Virus record (IMG/VR): IMGVR_UViG_3300043410_001242
Length of the DNA stretch: 64,000 nucleotides
Direction: 5' to 3' (one strand)
DNA from: a virus
Made by a program: the position numbers and the translations under genes. Below are positions 1-9,004 of this stretch, in pieces (the first letter of the stretch is position 1; every line of letters starts with the position of its first letter). The notes beneath the pieces are model-generated. The model ran no database searches. It had not been told where the DNA came from and saw only the letters and a program-made list of their open reading frames with translations.

Positions 1-1
1 G

Positions 2-202
2 TCTGGTGGTCGTATTGATGTATGGGGTACTGATGAACCATATGGAGTGGAAATCGGTATTCCTATTATGAAATCAGAAGATTGGCATAGATTTGGAAAT
101 TGGTTATGGAATTTTGAAACTGATACCGTTTGGACTCTGGATGAATTAGTCAAAGAATATGAAAAGAATCACTATAATATAACATGGTGGAAGAATGAAT
201 AA
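2..202 (+). CDS. hypothetical protein, 5'-truncated by window edge
   Basis: Open frame from base 2 (SGGRIDVWGTDEPYG...) to TAA 200-202, overlapping the next start. Confidence 0.6.
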   Translation, partial: SGGRIDVWGTDEPYGVEIGIPIMKSEDWHRFGNWLWNFETDTVWTLDELVKEYEKNHYNITWWKNE

Positions 203-560
203 AGAAGATTTTGAATTACTGGGGTTTATAACAGAAATCCTTCCTTCTGGTTATATTAATATCAGCAATAAACAACCTTTCCGTTATAATGGTTCGACCA
301 CCATTATCTGTTATAAGGGTGGTCACTATATTAGGACCACCAACCACAAAACCTTGGACTCACTGTTTTCTGGTTTGTTCGAACTCAACACCATCGAACC
401 ATCCTCCGTAAATCCTGCCAAGCCGGTCAAGAAAAAGACCAAGGCCACCACTCCGGTGCAGGAGGACGCCTTTGAACCCCTTACAAATCAAGACCTTACG
501 GCATTCTTGGTGTCCTCATCCGAGGCACCAGTCAAACCCAAACGCCGGCGCAAAGCCTGA
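195..560 (+). CDS. hypothetical phage protein
   Basis: 121-aa ORF with basic C-terminus, in tight gene packing. Confidence 0.6.
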   Translation: MNKEDFELLGFITEILPSGYINISNKQPFRYNGSTTIICYKGGHYIRTTNHKTLDSLFSGLFELNTIEPSSVNPAKPVKKKTKATTPVQEDAFEPLTNQDLTAFLVSSSEAPVKPKRRRKA

Positions 561-629
561 TTGTTCACTTCCACGAAGCAGATTGTTTCATCTCCGCTGG
601 CTTGCAATCCTGGCCACTTGTGATAGAAT
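557..629 (+). promoter_or_regulatory. phage early-type promoter with upstream GATTGTT boxes (copy 1)
   Basis: TTGCAA 602-607, TAGAAT 624-629, GATTGTT at 559 and 581; colinear with 5797-5869. Confidence 0.65.
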
Positions 630-671
630 GTGTCCATAGTTTGAGAGATTGATACATTTTTTGGAGTTTAT

Positions 672-854
672 ATGGAAAAGTTTGTTTTTGTTGTTTCTAA
701 GTTTGACCGTCTGGATATGCGGATGGGTGTGGTCAGCGACCACTTCAATACTAAAGAAGAAGCTGAGAAATACTGGTGGGAAACTGTCCAGAAGAATCTG
801 GATTTAGTTCAGAAAGGTTATAATTATTATGTCGAATCCCTTCGGGTTGCTTAA
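672..854 (+). CDS. small hypothetical protein
   Basis: GGAG RBS, 60 aa. Confidence 0.65.
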   Translation: MEKFVFVVSKFDRLDMRMGVVSDHFNTKEEAEKYWWETVQKNLDLVQKGYNYYVESLRVA

Positions 855-866
855 TTAGGAGTTATT

Positions 867-1076
867 ATGTGGAATCTTGAAGGTTTGTATATTTCTGGTA
901 AATACTACGATAAACCCTTTACTGGTAAAGTGACTTCCTCTCGCGTTAAACTGGGTGGTACTGTCGTGCATTATGTTACTTTCCCCGAACCACAACCCAT
1001 TGGTTTTCGTGGTGAAATGCGTGATGGTATCATGGTAGAACACGCATGGGTTGAAAAAGTAATGAGTAACATTTAA
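867..1076 (+). CDS. small hypothetical protein
   Basis: AGGAG RBS, 69 aa. Confidence 0.65.
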   Translation: MWNLEGLYISGKYYDKPFTGKVTSSRVKLGGTVVHYVTFPEPQPIGFRGEMRDGIMVEHAWVEKVMSNI

Positions 1077-1090
1077 TTAGGAGATATATT

Positions 1091-1288
1091 ATGTCTAAGT
1101 TTGATATTAATGGTTTGGCTGAGGCCCTTGCAGAAAAGTCTGTTGATGAAATGGATGTTGGTACACTAATGCAAATTGTATATGAAATGCAATTGGATGT
1201 ATTTAATGATATGTCTGAAGCTGAACTATTGAATGAAGCCGATTGGGTCGGTATTGATATTAACCAGTTTCAAATTGAAGGAGAATAA
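1091..1288 (+). CDS. small acidic hypothetical protein
   Basis: AGGAG RBS, 65 aa. Confidence 0.65.
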   Translation: MSKFDINGLAEALAEKSVDEMDVGTLMQIVYEMQLDVFNDMSEAELLNEADWVGIDINQFQIEGE

Positions 1289-1290
1289 TT

Positions 1291-1785
1291 ATGGGTCTTG
1301 ATATGTATTTTAATGCAAAGCGTTATATTTCTGAATGGAATGACGCAGATAAGGAATTGCAGACTAAGGTAAAGGATGTTGTTGCACCTTTTATTGATGA
1401 TTGGAAAGTGCAAGAGGTTACTTATAAGGTAGGATATTGGCGCAAGGCCAATGCAATCCATAACTGGTTTGTGCAGAATGTCCAAGATGGTGAAGATGAT
1501 TGTAAGGAGTATTACGTTTCCGGTGAATCTATTCGTGATCTATATGATACCGTTGTTGAATGTCTTGATGGTGGTGTAGAGGTGGCGAAAGAGAAACTTG
1601 CTCCCCAAGAAGGTTTCTTCTTTGGTTCTACCATTATTGATGATTATTATTGGCAAGATTTGGAAGATACCAAGAGGATGCTTCAACCCATTATTGATGC
1701 TTATAATGAAGCAAAGGAATTGGGTAATGAATCATATAAACACCCGATTTATCAGTATGAGTTCTATTATCAGAGTTCTTGGTGA
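1291..1785 (+). CDS. conserved phage hypothetical protein
   Basis: MGLDMY...YWRKANAIHNWF...GFFFGST...YQSSW motifs, common in large phages. Confidence 0.75.
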   Translation: MGLDMYFNAKRYISEWNDADKELQTKVKDVVAPFIDDWKVQEVTYKVGYWRKANAIHNWFVQNVQDGEDDCKEYYVSGESIRDLYDTVVECLDGGVEVAKEKLAPQEGFFFGSTIIDDYYWQDLEDTKRMLQPIIDAYNEAKELGNESYKHPIYQYEFYYQSSW

Positions 1786-1788
1786 GTT

Positions 1789-2031
1789 ATGAGTGGTTCT
1801 AAATCTTTTATTTCGAGTCTTGCAGGTAATTGGGCTTCAGAACAACCATATGGTCTATATGAAAAATGGTTTGAATTGGAGAGGTGGGATTTATGGGCAT
1901 TTGGTCCATTTAAATGGTATGCAAGAAACCATTATCGCAAGATGAAACAAAGGGCTTTGGCCAGTAGGTGTCGTGCGGTAATTATTCGGGATCGTGCAGA
2001 AAGAACTATTTTTGAAGGTGAAGAGGATTAA
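1789..2031 (+). CDS. hypothetical protein
   Basis: 80-aa ORF in operon. Confidence 0.55.
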   Translation: MSGSKSFISSLAGNWASEQPYGLYEKWFELERWDLWAFGPFKWYARNHYRKMKQRALASRCRAVIIRDRAERTIFEGEED

Positions 2032-2032
2032 T

Positions 2033-2527
2033 ATGTTTGTTCGTAATGTAATTGGTGGTCTGGTAATGTCTCTGGTATCTGGTGTGGTAATGGCTGACAA
2101 GGCACCAGAGGTAAACAAGTATAAGTCGCTCGAGTTATACAATGCACATAAGGGTATTGTATTCAATCAGGTAGAAGAATTCAAGTGTCTTGCAGAAAAT
2201 ATCTATTATGAATCAAGAGGTGAACCTTATATTGGCAAGATTGCAGTAGCTCAGATTACATTCAATCGTGCAGAAAAGGTTGGTTCTTTCTGTGAAGTGG
2301 TACACAAACCGAAGCAGTTCTCTTGGACTCTTAATAAGGATATCAAGAAACCTCACGGTAAAGAGTGGGAGGCCTCTGTCCATGCTGCCAGTATGTTCGC
2401 TCATGGTGTTCGTGTGAGAAACCTGGAAAAAGTGGAACACTACCACACGGGTTATGTGAATCCAGTCTGGGATAATAACATGGTCAAGGTAGCAACCATT
2501 GGTGGCCATGATTTTTATGGAGAATAG
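2033..2527 (+). CDS. cell wall hydrolase, SleB/Hydrolase_2 family
   Basis: CLAENIYYESRGE, AVAQITFNR, QFSW, HYH..YVNPVW, IGGHDFY; start moved to ATG 2033 behind GAGG. Confidence 0.9.
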   Translation: MFVRNVIGGLVMSLVSGVVMADKAPEVNKYKSLELYNAHKGIVFNQVEEFKCLAENIYYESRGEPYIGKIAVAQITFNRAEKVGSFCEVVHKPKQFSWTLNKDIKKPHGKEWEASVHAASMFAHGVRVRNLEKVEHYHTGYVNPVWDNNMVKVATIGGHDFYGE

Positions 2528-2529
2528 TA

Positions 2530-2775
2530 ATGAAAGTCAAAGAATTGATTGAAAACCTTTCTGAATTGGATCAAGAATCTTACCTTTTTGTTCATGGTTA
2601 TGAAGGTGGATATAATGATGTTGGTTTTTGTAGTGATGAAATCCAAATGGTAAGGGATGTTAATGATGCATGGTATTATGGTAAACATGAACTTTTGGAA
2701 GACAAATGGCAAATTAGACATATTAATCTTGATACCAAAGTAGTTGATAAAGGTTACATTATTGGAGCAGATTAG
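2530..2775 (+). CDS. hypothetical protein (MKVKELIE-type)
   Basis: 81 aa, GYEGG motif. Confidence 0.6.
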   Translation: MKVKELIENLSELDQESYLFVHGYEGGYNDVGFCSDEIQMVRDVNDAWYYGKHELLEDKWQIRHINLDTKVVDKGYIIGAD

Positions 2776-2960
2776 TGGAACCCAGTAAAGAATGGATAGA
2801 GGATTGTATGCATTTTCATGGAAAGGTATTAACAGGGAAGTATTCCCATTGGTGTCCTGATTGGGATTATTTGCCAATAGACGAAACCTGTGAACCGGAG
2901 TTTGGATGTTGTCTTTGTGGATATAGGAGAATTACAGATAATGATTGTAACACGAAATAA
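2775..2960 (+). CDS. small Cys-rich hypothetical protein
   Basis: HWCPDWD...CCLC; coupled to the upstream stop. Confidence 0.55.
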   Translation: MEPSKEWIEDCMHFHGKVLTGKYSHWCPDWDYLPIDETCEPEFGCCLCGYRRITDNDCNTK

Positions 2961-3186
2961 TATTAAAGAATGTCATGTCAATACTCTTGATGCAGTATAT
3001 CAGTCCGACTATTATATCAGTCTATTACCCGATTGGGAACCAGAAACTACACAAGAGATTATAACCTATTGGAATAAATTCTGGATGAATCTGCCTGATA
3101 ATAAGAGTATTCACCGCGATCCTTTCTATCAGGTTTGTGATATTGCAGAATGTGTATTTGATGAACAATTTTATGAGGATGAATAA
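2941..3186 (+). CDS. hypothetical protein
   Basis: ATG 2941 after AGGAG. Confidence 0.55.
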   Translation: MIVTRNNIKECHVNTLDAVYQSDYYISLLPDWEPETTQEIITYWNKFWMNLPDNKSIHRDPFYQVCDIAECVFDEQFYEDE

Positions 3187-3383
3187 TGGAAATTCTTGAT
3201 TGTATGTGGTTTTCTGGTAGAACTAGTGTTGGTATTGTAAAAGTTAAGGATGAATATGAAGGAGTGAAATACTATATTGGTTCTGCAATGGGTATTAAAG
3301 AAAAAGATGATATGCAACATATTGCAGATTGGGGTGCGACATTCCCTAAATCTGCCGGTGATGTTTTGTTTGGAGTAAATTAA
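3186..3383 (+). CDS. hypothetical protein
   Basis: TAATG coupling at both ends. Confidence 0.65.
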   Translation: MEILDCMWFSGRTSVGIVKVKDEYEGVKYYIGSAMGIKEKDDMQHIADWGATFPKSAGDVLFGVN

Positions 3384-3568
3384 TGAATAGTAATACTAAA
3401 ATGACTTTGGTTATCTTCTTGTCTTTGGTTTTTGTTGTATTTGGACCAATTTTAGTTATTTGGTCTCTGAATACTCTATTCAAACTGAATATTGAATATA
3501 ATTTTAATACATGGGCAGCTACTGCATTTCTAAGTAGTGTTATTGCTGGTGCACCTAGGAAATCTTAA
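3383..3568 (+). CDS. small membrane protein
   Basis: Hydrophobic; GPILVIWSLNTLF...TWAA. Confidence 0.65.
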   Translation: MNSNTKMTLVIFLSLVFVVFGPILVIWSLNTLFKLNIEYNFNTWAATAFLSSVIAGAPRKS

Positions 3569-3581
3569 TAAGGAGATAATT

Positions 3582-3767
3582 ATGACATATCGTGATCTTT
3601 TGGACAATCTTCAGCTCATGTCTGAACTGGAACCATCTATGCTTAATCGTACTGTAATGGCTTCTTATGAAGATGCTGAATTCTTCTCTGTGGACAATAT
3701 CATGGTAGAACCTCTTGGTAATGATTTCCATGATAATAAGCAACCACTATTGGTTCTTGGTAATTAA
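3582..3767 (+). CDS. hypothetical protein
   Basis: AAGGAG RBS, ATG 3582. Confidence 0.6.
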   Translation: MTYRDLLDNLQLMSELEPSMLNRTVMASYEDAEFFSVDNIMVEPLGNDFHDNKQPLLVLGN

Positions 3768-3792
3768 TTCATCATTAACGGAGGACATACCT

Positions 3793-3978
3793 ATGGTAAC
3801 TAAAAATGAAACTTTTGTCAATACTCTGAGTCAAATTAATTTGCTGGTTTTTTATATTGTGGGTCTAATGTCATTGTCCAGTTTTGTTCTGGGACATTAT
3901 GAAAAGTTCGGGTTTCAATTAATCATTGCACTTTTGAATCTGTATACCTATTTTGATTTAACGGAGGATAAAGAATGA
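3793..3978 (+). CDS. small membrane protein
   Basis: GGAGG RBS, two hydrophobic segments. Confidence 0.55.
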   Translation: MVTKNETFVNTLSQINLLVFYIVGLMSLSSFVLGHYEKFGFQLIIALLNLYTYFDLTEDKE

Positions 3979-4154
3979 ATGTATGGATGTTGGTCATTCT
4001 GTTCAATTCAACGACAGATTCCAAAATGGCAATTTATACAACCGAACAGGAGTGCAGAAAAGTTTTGCCTATTGTGAAAGAAATGAACAAAGATGATACT
4101 GATATTAGTTTAATTGATTGTATGAAAGGAAGAATTGTAAAGGAGAAAAAGTAA
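3975..4154 (+). CDS. 59-aa hypothetical protein (not in ORF track)
   Basis: MNVWMLVILFNS...QECRK...DCMKGRIVKEKK; GGAGG RBS; ATGA and TAATG couplings. Confidence 0.6.
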   Translation: MNVWMLVILFNSTTDSKMAIYTTEQECRKVLPIVKEMNKDDTDISLIDCMKGRIVKEKK

Positions 4155-4372
4155 TGTTATTTGACTTTCTGTTTAAGAACAGAAGTGGAGACACTTCTAT
4201 TAATGAACGTATTGATAATCAGGAGTTTACTGATAGTGAAATTGAGAATCTAGTAAAGGATGAATTGAAAGTCCTCACCCTTGGTGAATTGGTTGACTAT
4301 TATTTTGAAACCAGGTGTAGAGAACTTGATAAGATTAAACCTAAGACACGAAAGAAAAAGGTTGCCAAGTGA
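4154..4372 (+). CDS. hypothetical protein
   Basis: AGGAG RBS, TAATG coupling. Confidence 0.55.
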   Translation: MLFDFLFKNRSGDTSINERIDNQEFTDSEIENLVKDELKVLTLGELVDYYFETRCRELDKIKPKTRKKKVAK

Positions 4373-4551
4373 GTGGTACTGTGTTAGGATTACGTTTCTT
4401 GACCAGTAGTGATACTAGGGGACGACCTATTACAGTCCTACAATACAAGAATGATCTTGGTGAGTGGGTGGACGTTCCCTATGCATATACTGAAGAGGTT
4501 ATGAATGACCACCACACCGACTGGTCAAAACATTTTTCAAACAACCAGTAA
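4369..4551 (+). CDS. hypothetical protein
   Basis: GTGA coupling; LQY...WVDVP. Confidence 0.55.
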   Translation: MSGTVLGLRFLTSSDTRGRPITVLQYKNDLGEWVDVPYAYTEEVMNDHHTDWSKHFSNNQ

Positions 4552-4556
4552 TTATT

Positions 4557-4742
4557 ATGATTTATCTTCTTGAAACCACAAACTGGACAGACAATACTCC
4601 CAATCACATATATATTTTCGATAATAAAAAATCATCTAAATGCATTGGTTATATCAAAGACGGAACTCTTGATATTGAATTTTTCAAAAAACCTATGCCT
4701 TTTGATAAGAAGAAAAGAACATTTAAAGAAATAAAGGTGTAG
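4557..4742 (+). CDS. conserved small phage protein
   Basis: ETTNW...PNHIY...GYIK...FDKKKRTF. Confidence 0.65.
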   Translation: MIYLLETTNWTDNTPNHIYIFDNKKSSKCIGYIKDGTLDIEFFKKPMPFDKKKRTFKEIKV

Positions 4743-4743
4743 T

Positions 4744-4935
4744 ATGTTTATAGCCGTCAAACTTATAATCTATATTATTGCGGCCCATACATTGTATACT
4801 CATGGAATTGACCCAACAAAGAAACTTATGGATTTTATAGTTTTGATGAGCTGCGTTTTGTTTATGGACGTTATTTCTTATTTTTCTGCTAAATATACTT
4901 TTGAAAAGGAACAAATGAATGACAGAAAAGACTGA
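4744..4935 (+). CDS. small membrane protein
   Basis: Two hydrophobic segments. Confidence 0.5.
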   Translation: MFIAVKLIIYIIAAHTLYTHGIDPTKKLMDFIVLMSCVLFMDVISYFSAKYTFEKEQMNDRKD

Positions 4936-5356
4936 AATAGATGATGATTGTGGTTGTAATTCACAATCATCACAAGAACATAACGAAAGAGAATTTGAAA
5001 AGATTAAGGATTCAATGGAATCCACTAGAGAGAATCTAAATTCAATGTTCGACAAAATAAAAGATATGAATTTGGATTTTTCAAGATTCTCCAACCTTGA
5101 AAAGGATGTCAGAGAAATGACCCAGTATATGCGATCTGGTGACTTTCTAAAATCTATGGAAGGAGTATTGGAAAAAGCAAATGTTGACACATCAGTTCTA
5201 TCAAAGATGAATACTATAAACCCACAGGTTTATAGTCCATTTAAACAAAAAGAAAAACAACCCATCGGATACGTTTGGATTGATGAGAGTGGAGAACAGA
5301 AGTTTTCTCCTGAAAAACCAGACGATATTGTATCAATGCCAGTATATGGTGAATAA
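4919..5356 (+). CDS. hypothetical protein
   Basis: 145 aa, coiled-coil-like middle. Confidence 0.6.
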   Translation: MTEKTEIDDDCGCNSQSSQEHNEREFEKIKDSMESTRENLNSMFDKIKDMNLDFSRFSNLEKDVREMTQYMRSGDFLKSMEGVLEKANVDTSVLSKMNTINPQVYSPFKQKEKQPIGYVWIDESGEQKFSPEKPDDIVSMPVYGE

Positions 5357-5655
5357 TGAATATTCTAGAATTTATTAGACAAGGCGGAAAATGTAAATCC
5401 GCAGCAGGACATTGGTTTCATCTGACAGATATTGTTGAGGGTGAACAATACCCTATTAAAGGTACACTCATTCACAATAATGAACCATTCAAATATGAAT
5501 GGGCAGAAGATGGAACTCCAAGCAATTTGCCATATACCCATTGCCTGGATTTGGTGCCTGTTATTGAAGTTATCAAATACAAAATGGTCGATAAAAAAGA
5601 ATTGGCCAAATATGATAATATCGAGGACTTTAAAAGTGCTTGCAAAACTGATTGA
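5356..5655 (+). CDS. hypothetical protein
   Basis: TAATG coupling, 99 aa. Confidence 0.6.
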   Translation: MNILEFIRQGGKCKSAAGHWFHLTDIVEGEQYPIKGTLIHNNEPFKYEWAEDGTPSNLPYTHCLDLVPVIEVIKYKMVDKKELAKYDNIEDFKSACKTD

Positions 5656-5796
5656 TGAAGTTCTGGCCAGGATCGTCCTGGTCGCTCTTGGTGTTCTTGT
5701 CATTGTCCTTGCGTTGGTGTCTCCTACCCGTTGCCTGTTCGCTCTCCGATACGCCTTCCTTCAAGACTCAGCCTTGAGTCGAATCTGTAACGACTG

Positions 5797-5869
5797 CTGA
5801 TTGTTTCTTCCTAGTCAGCAGACTGTTTCACGGCCAGCGGCTTGCAATACTGGCCCTCTCCTGTATAAT
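5797..5869 (+). promoter_or_regulatory. phage early-type promoter with upstream GA(T/C)TGTT boxes (copy 2)
   Basis: TTGCAA 5842-5847, TATAAT 5864-5869; ungapped match to 557-629 at offset 5240. Confidence 0.65.
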
Positions 5870-5927
5870 GACTCCATAAATTGAGTGAACGAACTATTTT
5901 TTGTTATTTTTATTTGGAGATTATATT

Positions 5928-6740
5928 ATGCCTCGTGGTATTCCTAAGTCTGGTTTTCGTATGACCAAGAATCGTGCTGCTTCTATTGTTGCAGAAGTAC
6001 CAGTATCCCGTTTTTCAATCAACCAGCGTTTCGGTTTCGTATCTGACATGGTGTCCATGCTCGCTAACGGTGAGCAGGCCTCTGTTGTTGTTACTGGTCC
6101 TGGCGGTCTTGGTAAGTCACACACCGTATACCAGTCTCTTGTCAAGTCTGGTTTCAAAGATGTTACCACCCTTGACGGTTTCGATGCTGGCACCGTTCTT
6201 GGTAAGAAAACCTTTGTTGTAGTCAAGGGTTACTCTACTGCTAAGGGTTTGTATCGTACTTTGTTCGAGAACCGTAACGGGGTTATCGTATTCGATGACT
6301 GTGATTCGGTACTCAAGGATCCAGTATCTCTTAACATTCTCAAGGGTGCTCTTGATTCTTATTCAAAGCGTATTATCTCTTACAAGGCTGATATTCGTGA
6401 TGATGACCTGCCTAATGTATTCGAGTTCAAAGGTCGCGTAGTATTCATCTCAAATCTTGGTTCTAATCAGCTGGATCAGGCCATTATCTCACGTTCAATG
6501 GCTGTTGATTTGACTATGACTCCCGATCAGAAAGTTGATCGTATGCGTTACCTTATCGAACAGTCTGACTTTATGCCAGAGTTTAATAAGTCTCTCAAGG
6601 TAGATGCTCTTGATCTTATTTCTTCTCTTGCTGGTACCGTCAAAGACTTGTCGCTTCGCACTCTTATTCAGGTAACTAAGATTCGCAAGTCAGCAGGTGC
6701 CAATTGGCGTGATCTTGCAGAGTATGCAATCTGTGGTTAA
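5928..6740 (+). CDS. P-loop AAA-type ATPase
   Basis: Walker A GPGGLGKS, Walker B VIVFDDCD, VFISN; ATG 5928 after GGAG. Confidence 0.85.
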   Translation: MPRGIPKSGFRMTKNRAASIVAEVPVSRFSINQRFGFVSDMVSMLANGEQASVVVTGPGGLGKSHTVYQSLVKSGFKDVTTLDGFDAGTVLGKKTFVVVKGYSTAKGLYRTLFENRNGVIVFDDCDSVLKDPVSLNILKGALDSYSKRIISYKADIRDDDLPNVFEFKGRVVFISNLGSNQLDQAIISRSMAVDLTMTPDQKVDRMRYLIEQSDFMPEFNKSLKVDALDLISSLAGTVKDLSLRTLIQVTKIRKSAGANWRDLAEYAICG

Positions 6741-6741
6741 C

Positions 6742-6770
6742 TTGACAAAGTTATAAAAATGTATTATAAT
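6742..6770 (+). promoter_or_regulatory. sigma70-type promoter
   Basis: TTGACA-N17-TATAAT. Confidence 0.8.
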
Positions 6771-6800
6771 GTATTCTCAAATCGAAAATTGGTGATGTAG

Positions 6801-7949
6801 ATGACTAAAAATCAAAGTGAATTTCTTGATGCTGTTAAACAGGTTCTTGGTGATAAAATGGTTCTGACCCGATCTGAAATTGATCAGGTCGTGTCAGAGA
6901 AAGGTGTTAAGTTTCCATATTGGTTAACCACCAAGTCGAAGTTTCGTATTGGTCGAGGTGAGTATTCTCTACCTGGTAATGAAACAACCAAGGTAGCAGT
7001 AAAAATGGAAATGCCTGAACCTGTCGAGGCAATGGCTCAGGTGTCGTATCTACGTCAACCTAAACTGGTCGATGAGTCTGATACTGCCATTCCAGAAATT
7101 TGGCCTGATTATGTACCATTTGGTTTTTATAAAGATTTACTTAATATTGTAAAATCTAAGATGTTTTATCCAGTATTTGTTACTGGTCTGTCAGGTAATG
7201 GTAAAACTCTGATGATCGAACAAGTGTGCGCTAAACTGAAAAGGGAGTGTATCCGTGTTAATGTATCTATCGAAACTGATGAATCTGACCTATTGGGTGG
7301 TCCTACTCTCGTTAATGGTAATGTTGTTAATCGAGATGGGCCGGTTCTTATAGCAATGAAACGTGGTGCGGTACTTTTGATTGATGAGGTGGATCGTGGA
7401 TCGAATAAGCTTATGTGCTTGCAAGGTATTCTTGAAGGAAAGCCATATTATAACAAGAAAACCGGCGAGGTCGTATACCCAACCGACGGTTTCAATGTCA
7501 TTGCGACCGCAAACACCAAAGGTCGTGGTTCAGAAGAAGGTCGGTATCTTTCACAAGTTCTTGATGATGCCTTCCTGGAACGGTTTCCTATCACGGTAGA
7601 ACAGGAATACCCGGATGTCAAGACTGAGAGAAAAATTCTCGCACCGTTGATCTCCGACCAGGAATTCATCGACAATCTGGTCAAGTGGGCGGATGTGGTG
7701 CGCCAATCATTCGACCAAGGTGCCATTGATGAGATTATTTCTACTCGCCGACTGGTGCATATCGCGAAAGCATTCCAAATCTTCGGTGATCGTAAAAAGG
7801 CAATTGAACTTTGTGTAAATCGTTTTGATACTGACACTAAGAATGCTTTTGTTGATCTATATACTAAAGTCGATGAAAAGGTTGAAGAAGACCAGACCAA
7901 GGTTTGGGTGAATGAAACATTAACTATAAATGAAGAAGTGCCGTTTTAA
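6801..7949 (+). CDS. CobS/MoxR-like AAA+ ATPase of T4-like phages
   Basis: GLSGNGKT, LLIDEVD, ATANTKGRGS, LDDAFLERF, IISTRRLVHI. Confidence 0.9.
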   Translation: MTKNQSEFLDAVKQVLGDKMVLTRSEIDQVVSEKGVKFPYWLTTKSKFRIGRGEYSLPGNETTKVAVKMEMPEPVEAMAQVSYLRQPKLVDESDTAIPEIWPDYVPFGFYKDLLNIVKSKMFYPVFVTGLSGNGKTLMIEQVCAKLKRECIRVNVSIETDESDLLGGPTLVNGNVVNRDGPVLIAMKRGAVLLIDEVDRGSNKLMCLQGILEGKPYYNKKTGEVVYPTDGFNVIATANTKGRGSEEGRYLSQVLDDAFLERFPITVEQEYPDVKTERKILAPLISDQEFIDNLVKWADVVRQSFDQGAIDEIISTRRLVHIAKAFQIFGDRKKAIELCVNRFDTDTKNAFVDLYTKVDEKVEEDQTKVWVNETLTINEEVPF

Positions 7950-7960
7950 AGGAGAATTGG

Positions 7961-8713
7961 ATGTTTTTCTTTTTTAAGAAAAAGCCAGTATATCTGGATT
8001 GTTTTACTACACACACAGGAGCCTTTCACGCTCCTGTGGATTATTCATATAGGTTTTATCCTGATTGGTGGAAACTACTGGAAAAAACTGTTACAGATGA
8101 GGAATATGGAGATTTAGGTGTAGAAAATCCCACAATGAAGAATTGTGTGGGTTTTATAGATTTTTTCAAAAATTCTATAACTGTACCGATGTGGAGTGAC
8201 TTCTCATTACGTTTAGGAACAAAATACAGGCCTGGATATAACTGGAAATTTGCAGATGACTTTTCACGAATAGAAGTGCATAAACCTATGCAATGGGGTT
8301 CATTTTTTCCAGAAAACAAATATCTTCATGGAAAATTTGTTAGTCCATGGAAATTCAAATGTAAAGAAAACATATACTTTCAAAAATGTGGACCTTTTTA
8401 TAACATTCTCAATCCACACCTTATTATGTTTCCCCCAGGTTTACTTGAGTTCAAGTATCAAGCCGCAGTTAATGTTAATTTTCTTTTAGTGCCACAAAAC
8501 GAAGAATGTAATATGTTTATGAAGTATTATGATCCTTTGGTGCATTTTACTCCTCTTACAGAAAGGCCAGTTAAACTGAAAATACATCTTGTTTCACATG
8601 AAGAATACGAGAAGATTGGACTAACATTTGTTTCGTTTAATAGAAATTATTATAAAATGAAAAGGGCATCAAAGAATAGTAGTGTTTGCCCGTTTACACA
8701 CCCTAATAGGTAA
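7961..8713 (+). CDS. conserved phage hypothetical protein
   Basis: PDWWK...TMKNCVGFID...SPW; C-terminal CPF. Confidence 0.65.
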   Translation: MFFFFKKKPVYLDCFTTHTGAFHAPVDYSYRFYPDWWKLLEKTVTDEEYGDLGVENPTMKNCVGFIDFFKNSITVPMWSDFSLRLGTKYRPGYNWKFADDFSRIEVHKPMQWGSFFPENKYLHGKFVSPWKFKCKENIYFQKCGPFYNILNPHLIMFPPGLLEFKYQAAVNVNFLLVPQNEECNMFMKYYDPLVHFTPLTERPVKLKIHLVSHEEYEKIGLTFVSFNRNYYKMKRASKNSSVCPFTHPNR

Positions 8714-8717
8714 TATT

Positions 8718-8960
8718 ATGACAGAAGATGAAAAGTTGAATTTTAAGGAATTACTCAAGAGTAATGTTGTAGAAGTTGAATTCACCAAGTTAAATGGTGA
8801 ACAAAGAGTAATGAATTGCACTTTGATGGAATCATATCTACCACAGACGGATTCAACAAAAAGCAAGAACCAAGACAATTCTTTGGCCGTTTGGGACATT
8901 GATAAGAATGGTTGGAGGAGTTTTAGATATGAAAACATTACGTCCTTTGGTCTAAAATAA
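8718..8960 (+). CDS. Sm-like/WYL_2-type small protein
   Basis: VEFTKLNGEQRVMNCTL...VWDIDKNGWRSFR. Confidence 0.75.
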   Translation: MTEDEKLNFKELLKSNVVEVEFTKLNGEQRVMNCTLMESYLPQTDSTKSKNQDNSLAVWDIDKNGWRSFRYENITSFGLK

Positions 8961-8963
8961 ATC

Positions 8964-9004
8964 TTGACAAAATTACTCAAGAATAGTATAATCCAGTATA
9001 AATA
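8964..9004 (+). promoter_or_regulatory. tandem sigma70 promoter and T4-type late promoter upstream of pmoC
   Basis: TTGACA 8964-8969, N17, TATAAT 8987-8992; TATAAATA 8997-9004. Confidence 0.8.

Noticed and set aside
5432-5800. 122-aa ORF overlapping 5356-5655
   Set aside because: It mostly overlaps a better-supported gene. Only the hydrophobic last ~48 codons may be a real small gene, and no clear start was found.
5921-7900. Antisense and alternate-frame ORFs over the ATPase genes
   Set aside because: Codon-bias shadows of well-supported + strand genes.
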